From: the human T2T-CHM13v2.0 reference genome, Homo sapiens
NCBI RefSeq assembly: GCF_009914755.1
Contig: NC_060925.1
Length of the DNA: 64,000 nt
Reading direction: 5' to 3' (one strand)
The position numbers and the translations under genes were made by a program. Every line of letters starts with the position of its first letter. Positions within the stretch are counted from its first letter, which is position 1. Positions 62,560 through 64,000 of this stretch are shown piece by piece. The notes beneath the pieces were generated by a model. The model made no database searches. It saw nothing but the letters and a program-made list of their open reading frames with translations, and was not told the DNA's origin.

Positions 62560-63300
62560 ACTGTGAAATATAACATCTATTCAGAAAAGTACATGAAACA
62601 GATCTATGGTTTAACAAGTAAGTATCAAGTGAACACTTGTGTAGTCATCTCCCAGGAAACTGCCAATACCTCAGAAGTCTTCATGTGTCCCTCTATAATC
62701 ACAATCCTGACTTTGGTGATATTCGTTTATTTTTTTCTTCATAATCTTGCTAGTTGTATAGATGTACACTGTTTTAACTTTTTACTTATTTTTTAGAGAC
62801 AGGGTCTTGCTCTGTCACCCCAGCTGGAATGCAGTGGTGTGATCACAGCTTACTGTAACCTCAAACTCCTGGGCTCAAGTGATCCTCCTGCCTCTCTCCT
62901 GCCTTAGCCTCCTGAATAGCTGGGACCGCAGGTGTATGCCACCATACCTGGGTAATTTTTGTTATTATTTGTATAGATAGGGTCTTGCTATGTTTTCCTC
63001 AAATCCTGGCCTCAAGAAATCCTCCCACCTTGGCCTCTGAAAGCACTGGGATTTTAGGTGGCAGCCACCACTAACCTTTTATCTTGGAATAATTTACATT
63101 TACATAAGAGTTGTAAAGATAGTACAGAGTTCCCATGCACTTTTCACCCAGTTTCCCCTAATGTTAATATCTCACATAATTATAGTACATCTATTAAAAC
63201 TAAGAACACTGGTACAAAACTATAAACCATAGATTTTATTAGATTTCACCAGTTTTTCCATTAATGTCCTTTTTCGATTCCAGAATATCATTTTACGTTT
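62560..63300 (-). mobile_element. Old L1M 3' fragments interrupted by an AluJ (~62785-63070)
   Basis: The Alu motif is clear. The flanks resemble antisense L1M 3' ends (gatagtacagagttcccatg...cacccagtttcccctaatgttaa). Confidence 0.6.
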
Positions 63301-63420
63301 AGAATGCACACACTATTTTAATTCTCAAATATCCTAGTACTTAATATCATAAAATGTTACATTTCTATTTTCTAATTGTTATCTAAAAATCATTCTGCAT
63401 TCTGACCCTCAGAGAGAAAA

Positions 63421-63467
63421 CACATATACACACATACACACATACACACACACACACACATATACAC
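63421..63467. repeat. Imperfect (CA)n microsatellite
   Basis: cacatatacacacatacacacatacacacacacacacaca. Confidence 0.9.
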
Positions 63468-64000
63468 AAAGATAGCTTTTTGCTAAGATCCTGCTTTCAA
63501 CAATAAGCTATGTAAAAGTCTGGGATCAAGAGCAACTGATCTTGCTAAAGGTGAGGATGTTACCAGATGCCAGCGATTCTGGCTTTTAACTGTCTTCCTA
63601 CTTTATACTTTAGTTTTTAATCATAGTCAAACAAATTGTATATCTAGGAAGATAACTGAGTTTCCTCTTTCTGGCACCAGGCTCTTTTTAAGGGGCTAGA
63701 TGAAAGACTTGGCAAACAGGTAAAAAGAGTGTGAAAAGAGTTTCTGAACATTTATATGCAACTCTGATGCATGATTATCAATGTCATTTGTATTACAGAC
63801 TCTATTTCCAATTATCAAGAAGTTGGATATTACAAATAAATGTCAAATAATACTGCCAGAGCTAATGTATAAATCTCCAAGTTAAAAAAATTAATTGTAG
63901 AGAAAGGTAATGTTAACTGGGACTAACCTTCTCTCTTTATAAAAGAGAGTCCATTAAAACTACTAGCAGAAAGAATTAATACTAATGAAGTTTTTAGAAA

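Overview
Primate, almost certainly human, genomic DNA. From recognised protein sequence it is the EPS15/TTC39A locus (chr1p32 from memory). The minus strand carries the last five coding exons of EPS15 (62367-62301, 33930-33854, 31928-31766, 29256-29072, 24745-24599). These splice in frame via GT-AG junctions and encode the DPF/proline-rich region and both UIMs, followed by a ~2.4 kb 3'UTR ending near 22160. About 9 kb downstream is a CpG island with a 53-nt coding first exon assigned to TTC39A (12942-12890). The rest is mostly transposon-derived: dozens of Alus, MIR/L2, an MLT1A LTR, Tigger1/3/4, MER1B/5A/20, an old L1M and a younger L1PA3-like element. The 28-kb EPS15 intron also holds a PSMD7 processed pseudogene and a U6 retrocopy. 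Almost all ORFs in the supplied track are Alu/L1 artefacts. I found no evidence of a wholly new biological system. The best leads are a possible PSMD7-mRNA/Alu chimeric retrocopy, an L1 with a deleted ORF1 start but a 734-codon open EN-RT frame, an in-frame two-exon EPS15 module flanked by inverted Alus (circRNA candidate), the exon-skip product ending -VSL, and a MIR-derived EPS15 poly(A) signal. Repeat boundaries and subfamilies were read by eye and are approximate. Exon numbers are from memory.
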